Below, in pieces: positions 10,903 to 24,035 of a DNA stretch of 64,000 nucleotides. The position numbers and the translations under genes are program-made. The DNA comes from Spongospora subterranea f. sp. subterranea (taxonomy: Eukaryota): assembly GCA_049724395.1 (NCBI GenBank), contig JAUGWO010000104.1, positions 1 through 64,000 of the forward strand, given 5' to 3'. Every line of letters begins with the position of its first letter. Positions within the stretch are counted from its first letter, which is position 1. The notes under the pieces were generated by a model, which ran no database searches, was not told the origin of the DNA, and saw only the letters and a list, made by a program, of their open reading frames with translations.

Positions 10903-12609
10903 ATGGCTGTTATTGACGGGGATCAAATACGACGTCCTAGTTTATCGCAATCCACCCTTCATAAGCGGAAAGCCCCTGACCTACTCTGTACGACGTGTAA
11001 GAACCTAGCGGTGAATCGCCACTCTTTAACGTGTTCTGACCATTACCTGTATTACAGTGTCAGGGATCAGGGCGCCAGAGATAAATCATTTCACTATCGC
11101 CGAATATAATCTCTCGTTGATGACAGTGTCGCCACAAGGATCAAGACTTCATCAAATACGGAGCGATGCCCTATCCCTGATCTTGGATAAAGATGGGCTG
11201 AGATACAAGCCTGTCCAGTTGCCAGACCAGGATAATGATGCCGCCGTTGATCAAGATAATGGTCATGATGCCACGTTCCGCCCTTTATTCTGCATAGACG
11301 ACCAAGGAAATCCTGTCGCTGTTCAGCCCAGTTCCAAATCCCGACCGTCTTCAACTTTAGTCACCTGGCACCCTATCCTGCCTTTGATCGCCATCGCCAT
11401 GGCAGACGGTTCCGTCTATGTATATAATGTGGACAACCGTTGCTGGTCAATTGCCCTACATCACCGCCAACAGTCCAGTCCTCGCCATATTCAATACTGT
11501 ACTACTCACCCGAACATATTAGCGGTTTTATGTGGAACTCATGTCTGTCTATGGCAGATCGCTCCTGGTATGCCTCGCCCCTTGTTATTGTCTCGCTTTC
11601 CTGACTCTTTTATCAGGAAGTCAATCAGCCTCTTTAAGAATATTGAGACCCAGTGATTGGTCTGATTCTGTCCGTACCAGGGGACATGGATCACTGTCGT
11701 TCAATAATACTGGGCGCCTTCTAGCGTTTTCTAATGAAGGCCAGCCCTCGATTTGCATCTGGGATTTATCATCTGTATCTCCTAGTCGCCCCCAATCATC
11801 GCTAGCGATGCGCCTGTATTCTGTGAGCCTCGTCCAGTTTTCATCCAATGGCCGATATTTGGTAATGGTTACGTGCCGTGATTTTCTGACATCATGTTGA
11901 CAGCAAATATGCATGATTTAGGTGGCATTATCCTCCTCGTCTCCGCATTGTAAGCGCGCACCTGATCCGTCATGACCATCGTTTCTCTGACCTTCTCTAT
12001 CACAGTCTTTATTTGGGACACTCAGCAATGGCAATGCATGAGATGGAGTACTGGATCAACACCAGCACACACCCTCTCATGGCACCCGACCGTCGACATA
12101 ATGATCATGGCAAATATTGCATCAACAAAAATTCACACGTAAAGATTAGATGGTTTCTCATAATTTTTGATGATGAAGTTGTTAGGGTTCGCCTTTGCCC
12201 GTTGGAATGTTCGACTGGGCTGGATGTTGGTCCCAGTTTGGATGACGATCCTTTAGCTGGATTGGGTGGCAATGTCAAGCAAGTAGTTTGGTCACCAACT
12301 AGCGAGAGAGTTGCGGTCAGTTTCGAAGACGGATTTGATTGCTCGGATTTGATAGCAATCTTATCAACATCCGTTCAACATGACGACCCGATAAGGTTGG
12401 AACGATTGCATACTTTGACAATATAGATTCCTCAATGGCATAGGTTTACCCCAATTGGTTATATTCGTGGACCATCATCCAAGACCGCCAATCCACCTGT
12501 TGCCATGCAGTTCCGCCCTCAATTTGACGCCGGCGCTCTTCTCGCAGTGTTATGGAGTCATGGTCAGTTGACGTTTTATCCCATGCTGTTCGTGGGAACC
12601 CGTTCATGA
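10903..12609 (+). CDS. AAAS: Aladin-like WD40 nucleoporin, multi-exon
   Basis: WHP..IAIAMADGSVYVYN..LHHRQQ..NILAVLCGTHVCLW; GGNVKQVVWSPTSERVAVSF; C-terminal FRPQFDAGALLAVLWSHGQLTFYPM. All resemble Aladin motifs. Start codon uncertain. Confidence 0.75.
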
Positions 12610-12644
12610 CTACGAGAACATGAAACATGTATCAAATTATAATA

Positions 12645-14429
12645 TCAGATAATTGCCTTATAAACAGCCAACCGATGTATGACATTGTATAATATATCTA
12701 ATCCCCATGTGAATCCGTTTCGAGAAACTCTCTCGTTTATACCATGAAACAAATGTGCAAAACTGGATTCCTTTTCAACAAAAACGGGAGCAAATCCGAT
12801 TGAGATCATTTTGGAAGGATGTCGCGAGTAAAATTTGGCATCTGTCTGGCCTGGACATAGAATTGGCATAATTTGCCCTGGTGGACCGCGATCATTCATT
12901 ACCTATCGACAAGGCTGATATAAGAGCAAGCTTAGAACATGCACTGCACGTCTGTAATACTTGACTGATCGTGTTCAAAATTGAGGATATAGCAGGATCA
13001 TCTGACGATTGAAGCGACAAAGGCAATGTTTCACTCAAAACAGATATATTCACGTCATCAATGCCATTGCGCCACAGGAGCTGTTCAATTTCAGCAACTA
13101 CATCCGTAAGTGAACAGCCAGGAAGCGTTCGACAAGAAATCGTCAGATGAGAAACAGACGGGACCTGAAAACACAGATCAAATTCCTCCTTAAAGTGTGC
13201 AGTATAATATTCCAGATACCTGATTAGATTTGACACCTCCGTTGATAATCGTGGGGACAGCGTTGTTGTGAAATAATGGCTCGATTACCCTAGCACTTTC
13301 CTTTGGCAAAATGTAATCTAGGAAGAAGTTGTGAAAAAACGGATGAAGAAAAGCAGCAGCAACTAGACGATTGAAAAGTGAGGGCCCGAATAAGATTTTC
13401 AGTTGCTATCGATGGCAAGTTTTCAATCAAAAAATTGTGATTTGATGAGAACAGTACTGACGGATCTGGCTTGGGGTATAACATGAAGAGGCAGCCGATT
13501 ATTACAGATAATAGCAGCAATTGATCCAATGCGCCCCACACAATTATCGTCATGATTGAAACAGCTATGACCTCCTTTCCCAGTACATTCAAGCTTTAAC
13601 ACGCCATTGCCTTTCTCACTGATTTGTACAGGATATAAAATTCTATTCTTGAAGTGGAACGGGAATCCCCCTCCTTCGGTAAACATGATGCCAGCATCGA
13701 TAAGATCAGGATGGTTTTCCACAAGGTATTTGGACCCGTAACGTGCTAGAATCCTCCTCATCTGCCACACTATCGCGATAGGGCCGATATCAAAACCAGA
13801 TACATCTGCAGTCAAACAATCCCTAACCCAGCGAAAATAATGTCGCGGTGAGGGACAATCCCGTTGCGCTTCATGTGGACCATAATGGCGACTGATGTAG
13901 CAGCGTGCTAATCAAAATCTGTTATATGTTGAAAAACTGGTTTACCAAAATACGAACGTGTTTCATATCAAGGGCGCCTCGTCCGTAAATGACCCCGTCC
14001 TGCTCCTCGGCGGCGAAGGGGTCGTGGCTCCAACCTTGGGCTTGCCAATCGGGTGCTGCTCGAAAAATGGTAAAGTAAGGAAGGAAATTAAAAAAACGAG
14101 GCCTGACCTGGTACCACATCAAGATGGGCGCTGAGTAGAATAGGCGGGAGTTCGCTGGATCCATTCCCTGCTAACCGAGCAATTATATTAGGTCTCTTCT
14201 CTTTCCCGTATACGATCTGCCGTATTCGTCAGGGTGTCTGATTAGACAATACTAAATGTGTTATGACCTTATAGGGAATCTGTTCTTCTTTAAACACCGT
14301 CTCTAAAAGATCAACAGCAGCGGTCTCGTCTCCGTTACCTTCACCGTAGTTTGTAGTATCGCATCGTAACAGGCTCTTGAATAACGATACAGCATAGTGA
14401 TGATCAATAAGGACTAGATTATCACCCAT
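12645..14429 (-). CDS. M20/M25/M40 family metallopeptidase, multi-exon (apparent 1-nt frameshift near 13740)
   Basis: LSAHLDVVP, DPFAAEEQDGVIYGRGALDMK, ADEE, TEGGG, GKGGHS, GQTDAKFY, HGINERV. Confidence 0.9.
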
Positions 14430-14501
14430 AACGATATCAATAATGATCAGAGAGTAATAAGTTACGGCAAATGTTCATTCACCGGTCTAAATGTGTAACG
14501 A

Positions 14502-14630
14502 CTGGCTCAGTCAAGCGGTTTATCCATTCTGAACCGTTAAGAAACAGCTGACCCAGTGGCAATTTACATTTCCCAACTATTGAAGGGGCTTGATTTCCTT
14601 CACGTCCAACGGCTCATACACAGGTCTTGG
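14502..14630 (+). pseudogene. Small protein-kinase remnant (subdomains VIa-VIb)
   Basis: 14571-14624 translates to SQLLKGLDFLHVQRLIHR, preceded out of frame by TGSVKRFIHSEPL. No continuation is visible. Confidence 0.5.
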
Positions 14631-15870
14631 GCCTGCGAGGTGTTAAATGTTGGTTTAGTCGCGGACCCAATGAAGTGCTTTAAAAGGTAAAAGGAACCGT
14701 TTATCTGTTACAATTCACACCAGCCAGTTGGTTATTAAAATCATCATCCAGTTTCAGGCTGCTCTTCGTTCTTCTCCCAGATCATCTTCCGTGTGATGTT
14801 TATTCCTTTCTATATTCATGTCTCTCTGAACATGCAATATAGTAGTAAATGAAGGTTTTTTGGCAGAAGCACTAACTCAGAACCTGCCAGTTCTTCTGGG
14901 TTCCACCACAAACAAAAGATAAGAAATCGACCAAACGGACCTCTGTGTTAAGGGAAACCCCACAGCCGCGATCCCGAGGTCCCATAATATCCGTGGAAGC
15001 CTCGATTCAATATTAACGGAAGAGCATTTGTGATTTCAGACAATGTCAGGCGTACATAATTAGAGTCACGCGTCGAATCTTTCAATGATCGTTCGCGCGC
15101 TAAATGATGCGCTACAGCAATCACTGGCCGTCTTAGTCATTAGTCCGCCGTCAATGGGCAATCAATGTCACCTGGCGTCCACAAATCCTACCTTTTAATG
15201 AAAACAACATGAGATATTTGCAAATTATCAAATGCCTTTACCAAATCATGCAAAAAGCATCGCATCGCACATATATAAGTCGATGAGCGACTATTGTACA
15301 CAGATTATTACAACAATTGAAAGTGTAACACGACGACGTTCAATAAATTCGAGGTATGCTTGTCAAAGTCGCAGGATGAATTCGTCATTTGCTCGCAGCT
15401 TAAAGCGAAAAGTAGTAGTACTAACGATCTGAACGGTGGGGTTAAATCTGGCGGAAGGCTGTGCTGCTAGGAGGAGGGTAACGGTAATTCGGCTGGAAGG
15501 AGGGGTTTGGTGACAGCTCACTGTGATGCTTCTAAAATGATATGATGGGAGTTCAGGAAAAAGGGGAAGAGGGGTGGCAGTTAGTGGTGGGGAAGGTCTG
15601 GTGGCTGATAATGCTGTGTTTCTGGCTGTATATGTGTGTTTTCAAATGGGAGGAGCCGTATCGTAACGACACCCCATTACCCCTAAACGATTGAACAGCC
15701 TAGGCTGCCGATCACCAAATCTACTCCATTGCTGACTACCTACGACAAATTACGAATGTTCTTTGCTTCTGCATCGCAATCGTTCCGTCGCAGTCAACGA
15801 CCCCCCTTTGTTCGCGACTTTTTCTCTACGTCCTAACTTGTCAGAGCATCAAATCCACACACCATCGTTC

Positions 15871-17859
15871 ATGCTCCACCGTCGCGACAACCGATCGCAT
15901 CGTCCAACTGGAACTTCAAGATTATTTGAGAGTTCGCGTACAGGAAGATATGTCCACAAACTAAAACCGGCTATCGGCTTTTTGTTATTTCTTATATGTG
16001 GTGTAATACTTTTAAGCGTGCTTACTATGAAGTCGAGTCCGGAAGAGTTCAGGCCTCAACCTATACAAAGGTTACTCAATTGTGCATTTGTCATACTACT
16101 TGCGAGCAATCTTTGTTTATTGTTGAGTTATCTTCTCATAGTACTGAGATTGGGTTATTCTTTGTTTTTTTTTAATTATTATAAGAATTTATGCCAAGTC
16201 CTTTCGTATTTTCTTCGTAAAAGCGTACATGAAGATGGAATTTTCTGACAATTTTCTTCTTTGTAGTGTCTCACCCGTCATTATATCACCAAGCAAAATT
16301 CGTGGTCCAGCAGTTTCTCCGGTCATAGCCGTTGACGCCATTGGTGTGTTCACTCGATCACTCATTATGCAAATATTTCAGTATTCGTTGTTATTGCGAT
16401 GATCTTTGCATGACCCATTTTTTTATTGTGCATCTTTCGCTTTTCAGGTCCCCCTGCAAACTCAGTCGACATCGCTGTTGTTCTTGTTTGTTTTAATCGT
16501 CCCGATTACGTTCGTCGCACTGTTGATTCCCTTCTCACCATCTGGCCAGAAAACAGTTCCATCGGTCCGGCACGGTTGCACTTGACTATATCTCAAGATG
16601 GAGATTTTAAACCAGTTACTAGCGTCATTGAACTGTGGGGTCTCCTATCGTTCACCAGGTGTAGTTGAGATTAAAAGCCTGTTTGCAGACTTTTGAAGGA
16701 TCATGACAATGTTCAGCATTTACGTTTTAATTACGATCACGACAAATGGCAAGCTTCATATCCCGAGCAATTCTTGCAGGATTTCTCTGTATACTATCGC
16801 ATCAGTGCACATTATCAGTTTATATTGAACGACTTTTTATTCAATAAGAATAACAGTCATCTATTATTCATTGAAGGTCAGTGTCAATATGTTCTTCTCG
16901 GTTATTATTCATCAGTTGGCGCTTCTGGCCCTAGACGATATGGAGTTTGCGCCAGATTTTTTGTCGTATTTTGCAGCGTTGGCCAATCCCTTGATTAGAT
17001 GGCAGAGCTCAACGTACTGTGTGTCGGCTTGGAATGATAATGGGCGCGAAAATCTGGTTTCTAACCCGAGTGGGACACGATATATGCGCCCTCGATTGAC
17101 AAATGATTTGACGATATTTCAATTTCAGATGTCCTATATCGCACCGATGTATTCCCTGGCCTTGGCTGGATGCTAACACGGAAGATGGCGCATGAGTTGT
17201 ATGAGAAATGGCCTGCTGGATTCTGGTATAAACCCTGAAGTGCACATTCCTGCTCTCATGCCACTAAAAATCTGTCAGGGATGATTGGCTACGTGCTCCT
17301 GAACAAAAGCGAGGGCGATCGTGTGTTTACCCTGAGATGAATCGGGTGAAGACATTTGGTAGCGAAGGAAGCAGCCACGGGGAGTTTTACGCACAGGCAA
17401 GTGTTTATTGCAAATATGTTGGTTTATTCTCATGTCGTTCAGTATTTGGAAAGGATTCAATTGAATACTGTCAATATTGATTGGTTGAAGCAAAGTTCCG
17501 CAATACCGGAAACCCTCGACCCAATAAAATTTGAGGCGAGATTATACGATGACTTAAAAAAAGCAACCACGATAACCCGGTCGGAGATGAAAGGGCTTCT
17601 GGATGGATCTAAACCTTTGGGGTTATGTGTGTCGGGTTGTGTTTCAATTAAGTTTTGACATTTTGTTTGTAGCGATGGACCATACCGCATTTATTATACA
17701 AACGAGGCGGAATATATTGATATCGCCATAGCAACCCAGATCATGCCAGATTGGAAATCCGGTCTTCCGCGAACATCTTATGCTGGAATTGTTCCAATCC
17801 GCATGTTAAAAAAACCCATGTTGTATATAAGTCCCGTCGTTAAAAGCTCAGGAAGCTAG
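15871..17859 (+). CDS. MGAT1: N-acetylglucosaminyltransferase I (GnT-I, GT13), type II membrane protein, multi-exon
   Basis: N-terminal TM segment; VVLVCFNRPDYVRRTVDSL, ISQDG, YYRISAHY, EDDMEFAPDFLSYF, CVSAWNDNG, YRTDVFPGLGWML, WDDWLR, YPEMNRVKTFG. Confidence 0.93.
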
Positions 17860-18145
17860 AAAACATTGTTTTATCGATAAATTATTTATAAATCAGTTAT
17901 TTTTGTGCTTAGTTCTCTCCTATAGCTTTGATGAAATGAAATCCCTTTCATGCAATCTATTGGTAGAACATTTGAGTTTTCAAGAATTGCCTGTGGCTGG
18001 CGGCACATGGCCATTGGTACTGTAGTCAGGGTTTGGCGGATAGTGCAGTGGATACACTGATTGACCGAGTCAGAGTCATCTTACTGAGGCTGCGCAATTA
18101 CCAAATCCGTTGAAACAATCATTAATATAAAGTACGTCGCTCAAC

Positions 18146-19865
18146 ATGTTCGCTTGGCTATTTTCAAATAGAGCAGATACTGAGAATGGCGATGTAGAGG
18201 AGAGATCTAGCACAACTGTTGAATCCTATGCTGACACCGTTGGTGAACGTGCGTCCGGAGATCATGCGCCACGTCCCATAGGCGATGCTTCTGGTTCCCT
18301 AACTAAATATTCTGAAGAAACTGGTCTGTTTTCTACTGTTCTCGAAGTTGCTTATGTTCATATTACCCCCACCGTCGATCCGTTAAAAAGCTTTGCAAAT
18401 ACATTTTCTGTTTATGACGAGCATGGTCATGTTCAAGTCACCCAGAACCTAGGTTAGACCCTAATTTTTTTCGATAATTTGGGCTTATCAATTGTTTGTA
18501 GACCATGGTATGCAAATACAGTTCAACAAGAAAGATCATTCCATGGTATGGATTTTACCGATGGGCGATGAACTTGATGATGAATTGGTCACTTTGGGAT
18601 TTACATTCGATGATCCAATCACTGAAGATTCTTTTAAATTGCTTATCGCCACTAAATTATATGAATCATCACGTCAAGAGAGCTTTGTAAAAACTGTCAA
18701 AGCCCAAGATCAAGATTGGGTTCTCGGATCTCATGCGCAGGTGGACGAGGATGCTGAAGTAGAAGATCCGATGGAAGTCGTATCCGAATCTGAGGAAGAG
18801 AACGATGAATCTTCTCATCCCAGAACTCCTTCTAGAGTCTCCAAAGACTCGTCGAACGCTAAAAACTCTCATTTAGCTATCGGAATGGGGCTGGATCGAA
18901 GCTACGTAGTCCGGGGTCCTCATATTGGCGTATTCAAACATGGGCGGGACGGTATGAACCATTTGGCCACTTTTGATCAGGTTAAAGGAAGTGACGGGAC
19001 TGTATTTTCGCCTACAAAAATCATGTTGCATGATCGTGATAGAAAGATGCTTATGCTGCGCCCTGATCGGTTAAACAGTGTTGTTGAACTTGACCTGGAA
19101 ACACAACAAGTCGTTCAAGAGTATCAAGCCGAGGATGAAACAACGATTAGAGATCTTGGGCCACATTCGCGTTATTCTCAGATGACAGGCACTGAGCTTA
19201 TTACCGGTCTCAACAAGAATTCCGTGTTCGCCATGGACCCTCGACTAAACAGTCAAAACAAAAAAGTCAAGGGGTTTTCGTATGCTGCAAATCCACATTT
19301 GTCATGTGTTGCCGCAACCGGAAATGCTCAGTATGCATTTGGCAGCGACAAAGGAGAGATTCGAATGTTTTCGGATGTGGGCAAGCGAGCCAAGACATTA
19401 TTGCCCGGTCTTGGACACGCCATTACCGCAATTGACACGAGCGAGGATGGCAAATGGGTTCTGGCCACCACTGATCGCTATATTATGCTCATCTCTGCCG
19501 AAACTAGTGATGGTCGCACTGGTTTTGATGTTTCCCTTGGGAAATCAAAGCCGGTTCCAATCAAACTCCAGTTGAAACCTCAAGATATGGTCAAATATCG
19601 CATCAGAGAAGTATGCTTCCGCAAGGCAAATTTTGATATGGGCGAAGGAAAGAAAGAACAGTGGATTGTTTCTGCAACCGGAAATCTTCTTATCACTTGG
19701 AATATGAAGAATGTTTTACGCGGACGTATCAATGACTATACGGTTAAAGTTTACGACGAGGCAGTCGTTGCGGATCAGTTCCGTTATGGGCACTCAGATA
19801 TCGTTGTCGCGCTACCTGATGACGTGAAAAGAGCGCATTTTCATCCTAAGAAGTCTAACGCATGA
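18146..19865 (+). CDS. VID27: Vacuolar import and degradation protein VID27-like, 2 exons
   Basis: DRSYVVRGPHIGVFK, FSPTKIMLHDRDRKMLML, GSDKGEIRMF..KRAKTLLPGLGHAITAIDTSEDGKWVLATT, DQFRYG..IVVALPDDV. Confidence 0.92.
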
Positions 19866-20240
19866 TGCGGTCCCTTCCGCCTCCTAATCTTCCTAAAATC
19901 TATCGAATAATAAACTATTGAGATATGTGTTGACGCCAGGAAGGAGCCTAAAGCGTGCTCGATGGCGCGGCCTCCATGGTGTGGTTCGATAGCGCGTGTT
20001 TGGTTAGGTGGCCGGTGTTGATTGCGTTCGTCTGATTCTCCGACTTGGCCAGGTCGGTCGCGTATCGTGAACTGGTCTAAACGAGCGGCCCCTTAGTGGA
20101 CTGGGGTTGGGGGCGGCTGGATCGAGGTCATCACATCTTCAATATCCAACACCGCTCGTAGATCGACCAATACGGGACCCGCCTCCCGTATTGGAGTATG
20201 GCCGCTTACCCGGTCCCAGCATTCGCCAGGTCGCCAACTG

Positions 20241-22253
20241 ATGCATCAGACGGTAGGGCGACGGCACGCCTCCCAGAAACTCACGATTATTGATAAACTG
20301 ATAGATAATGATGACGAAAAATTCTACGACGCCAACGAGACAATCATAAGTGATGATGATGCTGTTCAAAATACCACATTTAGGCAATCATCAGTCACTG
20401 AAATATGTCTGTGCTTTGATACTATCGCCGTTATAGTGAAGATTTGTCTCTAAATCTGGTCAGCAGATGATGGTAGCGATAGTGGTGACGACAGTGAAGA
20501 CAGTGCCGAGATCCAAGATGCAGCCGCTATTGCTCAAGATAATATCGATAGTGTTGCAACTATAGCAGCGGATGTAGCTGATGAGAAGAGAAATCAGGTC
20601 TGTAATCAACTTTGTCAAAATTTTACCATGGCTTTGATAACGGTCAGATTTAGGTTGTGAATCTTGATACTGGGGAAATATTTGCTATTGAGAAGCTTAA
20701 TCCACCAACCGATACATTTCACACGGTGAGGGAAGCTGAACCTCCTCCAGACGTTGATGAGAAAGAGATTTTGAAAAAGAAAATCCGCACTGGGTTTATC
20801 TCGAAAATGTTGCATCGGTCAATTTGCTTTTTGCCATGTCTACCGACTGCAGTTTAATTTGTTAATTTCAGATCGGTGCCATCGGATGTGCTCATCTCCA
20901 ACCAAATCAAAGTAAAAACTCACAAAAAGACTGAATTGGACATAAGCGGCTTAAAGAATGTACAAACTCTATTAGTTCATCATGGGCCAATCTGGACAAT
21001 GAAATGGACGGTGTGTGGTAATTATTTGGCAACCGCTGGGCAAGACGCGATCATCAGATTATGGTTGGTTAATGGTGGCGATGCTAAGCCTGACGAAGAG
21101 CATGTTGAAAGGAGTTCTCCTGCATCAGTTCCTTCGAGTGACCCATATTCCCATAGCGTGTTTATGGAGACTCCCCACAGGGTTTATGCTGGCCACAAGA
21201 GCGATATTATTGATTTGGCATGGTTAGTGGAAACCCAAATTATCAGTATATAATCTCTTTAAAGTAGACGTTCGTCTCAAACCGTAACTTCAGGTCAAAG
21301 TCATCATTTTTACTTTCGGCATCCATGGACAAATCTGTTCGTCTGTGGCATGTATCAAAAAATCAATGTCTATCATCTTTCCAGGTATATTTCTATTTTG
21401 TTTGACCATATCTATTGTTAACCCAATATGTTTAGCATGCTGATTTCGTGACTAGCGTTGCTTTCCACCCATCTGAATCGCGTAAATTTCTGTCGGGCTC
21501 ATTGTGAGTGAATTGCGCATCGTGGTTTTGGTGTTAACTGATAGTCTCAGCGATAAGAAGCTGCGCATGTGGGACATTCTTGATCATCGAGTCGTGGACT
21601 GGGCGCAGACATCGACAATGATCACTGCAGCGGCATTTAATCAGACCGGCAAACTTGCTGTTGCTGGTCTCTACAATGGACAGGTTATGTTTTACCAAAG
21701 TCAAGGGCTCACTTATTTCACACAAATTGATTGCCGCAATCGTAAAGGCAAGCATAAACGTGGCCGTAAAGTTACGGGATTGCAGTTTTCAAACGATGGC
21801 CAGCAGATATTGATTAGTACTAATGATTCTCGAATTCGTTTGTACGATATGGATGATTACTCAATGTCAATGAAATATAAAGGCCACGAGAATGAGACCC
21901 TTCAAATCAGAGCGCATTTTTCTGAAGATAATAAGTTCATCATCAGTGGTTCTGACGACTCCGACGTCTTTGTTTGGCCAACGAATAAGGACTGCGCCCA
22001 ATCCCTCAAACGCCATATAGTTTCGCGAGATCGCGATGACAGGAATGATTCGTATGAGTATTTCAAGGCTCACAATGGAATTGTGACCGTTGCTCTCATG
22101 GCACCAGAGAAGACGTGTTTGTTCGCAACAAGAGCATGGCCGCAAGGTGGAGAAATAAGGCATCTTATTGTCGCTGCAGGTTACGACGGTCGCATTAAGA
22201 TTTTCGAAAACAGGGGAGACCCTGTCCAACTTAAACAAAATACATTTATTTGA
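20241..22253 (+). CDS. WDR44: WD40 protein, WDR44-like, multi-exon
   Basis: HHGPIWTMKW..YLATAGQD, YAGHKSDIIDLAWSK..LLSASMDKSVRLWH, FQHADFVTSVAFHP, KVTGLQF..LISTNDSRIRLYD..KYKGH..QIRAHFS. Start approximate. Confidence 0.85.
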
Positions 22254-22486
22254 GAACTGCTGAAGACCATTGAGTGTCTAGCTGATTCGAAACCATCGGT
22301 GACAGCGTATTTGATTTATCGTTTGGTGGTGGCGATGCCCCTTGGTGGTGCGTGTGGACCTGTGGACCTGTGGCGGTTGTGTGTGAGGAGGGCAGGGGCA
22401 GTGTATCCTCTGGTCCGTTTGAGGTCCAGTCTGATCCCTATTGGCCAACCCCAACCTCTTATTAGCTGTCCTGTTTCCTGGCGAAT

Positions 22487-23232
22487 ATGGCGCCCACCAT
22501 TGAGGAGTGGTGGACTTCCTTGCCGGTAATCACCAAGGGCCTCCTATTGGCATGTTCGGGCACAACGATGGCGGCGGCGGCCGGAATCGTTGGCCCCGCC
22601 GATCTGTTTTTCAGCCTTGACGCGGTCCTGACTCGGTGGCAGATCTGGAGATTGATAACCTGTTTTACATTCCTGGGCCCAATAGGGATCGGTCTGATCG
22701 TTCAGCTCTATATGATGTAAGGATAAGGGCGCGCCTTCTTACCGTGTCCATCATAATCTCTATTTTCAGTTCCAAATACGGCACCATCCTTGAATCCACC
22801 TACTTTTCCGGTTCTACTGGTCGTGCCGATTTCGTGTTCATGTTGCTGGTCGGCGGTGCTGTTCTCATTCTCGTATCTCTTGTGGTTCCTGGTCTTTACT
22901 TCTTGGGTGCGTCTCTGGTCACCTACATCATCTATGTATGGAGTCGTAAGGATCCGTTCGGCCAAGCCACGTTCTTCGGCTTTCGCTTCAGTATATGGCA
23001 ACTACCGTTTGTGTTGATGGTGTTTCATGTACTCATGGGAGGTTCGGTGATTCCTGATCTTGCTGGCATATTCGCCGGGCACGTCTACCACTTCTCAATC
23101 GACATCGTACCAAAAGTGTACGGGTTGACCGTCCTCAAAACCCCATCGTTCCTTGCATCAATATGTGGTGAAGCCAGCTTTTCCACAGGTTATGGATGGC
23201 GATCTTCTGGACCAGGGTATCGATTAAATTAA
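22487..23232 (+). CDS. Derlin (DER1 family), 2 exons
   Basis: WWTSLPVITK, WQIWRLITCF, KYGTILE..GRADFVFMLL, YVWSRKDP, DLAGIFAGHVYHF, LKTPSFL, WRSSGPGYRL. Confidence 0.93.
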
Positions 23233-24035
23233 TTGCCAAATGTTGACTGAACAACTCTAATGAAACATATTCTATAATATAAAGTCGATTATTCATTGAT
23301 CGGGGAGTTGGTCGTTTTCCCGAGTTCTGGTACAGTAGAAGTTGCAGGTTTTCGACTAACTTAAAAAAAATTCATTAGGCTGGGCAAGTTTCCATGGCCA
23401 AACTTGCAGAACTTAAAGTCTTAGAACTTCACTTCGAAATCAACCTGCTCAACATTGCTGGACAAAGAACTCAGCGGCGTTAATAGTAATAATCTATCAG
23501 CAAAAGTTCCCATTTCAAACATTTAACAAAATTCGGGTAACTTCCACGAGCTGCATATAGCCTGTCCATAATGGTCCAGTCGTTGTATAGGGAATATATA
23601 CTTCATCTTTTTCAACAAATTGCATATGGTGCAAGCTGAGGTTCAAAAGCGGTCCCTCACCCACCATTCTCTCACCAACAAACATTCACCAGCTTCTCTT
23701 AGTGGTCGAACTCAACATGACGTCAGAGGATTGGTTAGAACTTGACGGGGAAGAAAAGCGAAGCGAATTGGAATTTTGTCGAAAAAGCGGGTTTTGGTCC
23801 GTAGCGGTGTGGCGGAACCCGTTGGTGTATGCCATGTTACACGTTGTGGCAGCAGTGGGTTCTCGTTAGATACAATACAGCCCGACCCTAGACCTTGACT
23901 GTGCTGTATATACACCCTAATCAGGTCTCACTTCCATTATGTGCTTCCTCTAATCCAATTCGCCGTTTTCGAACATCATTATCATTGGCATTGCCAGCGC
24001 TCCTTGCCGTTTGTCTGGGCTAGGCCAACTGCGAC

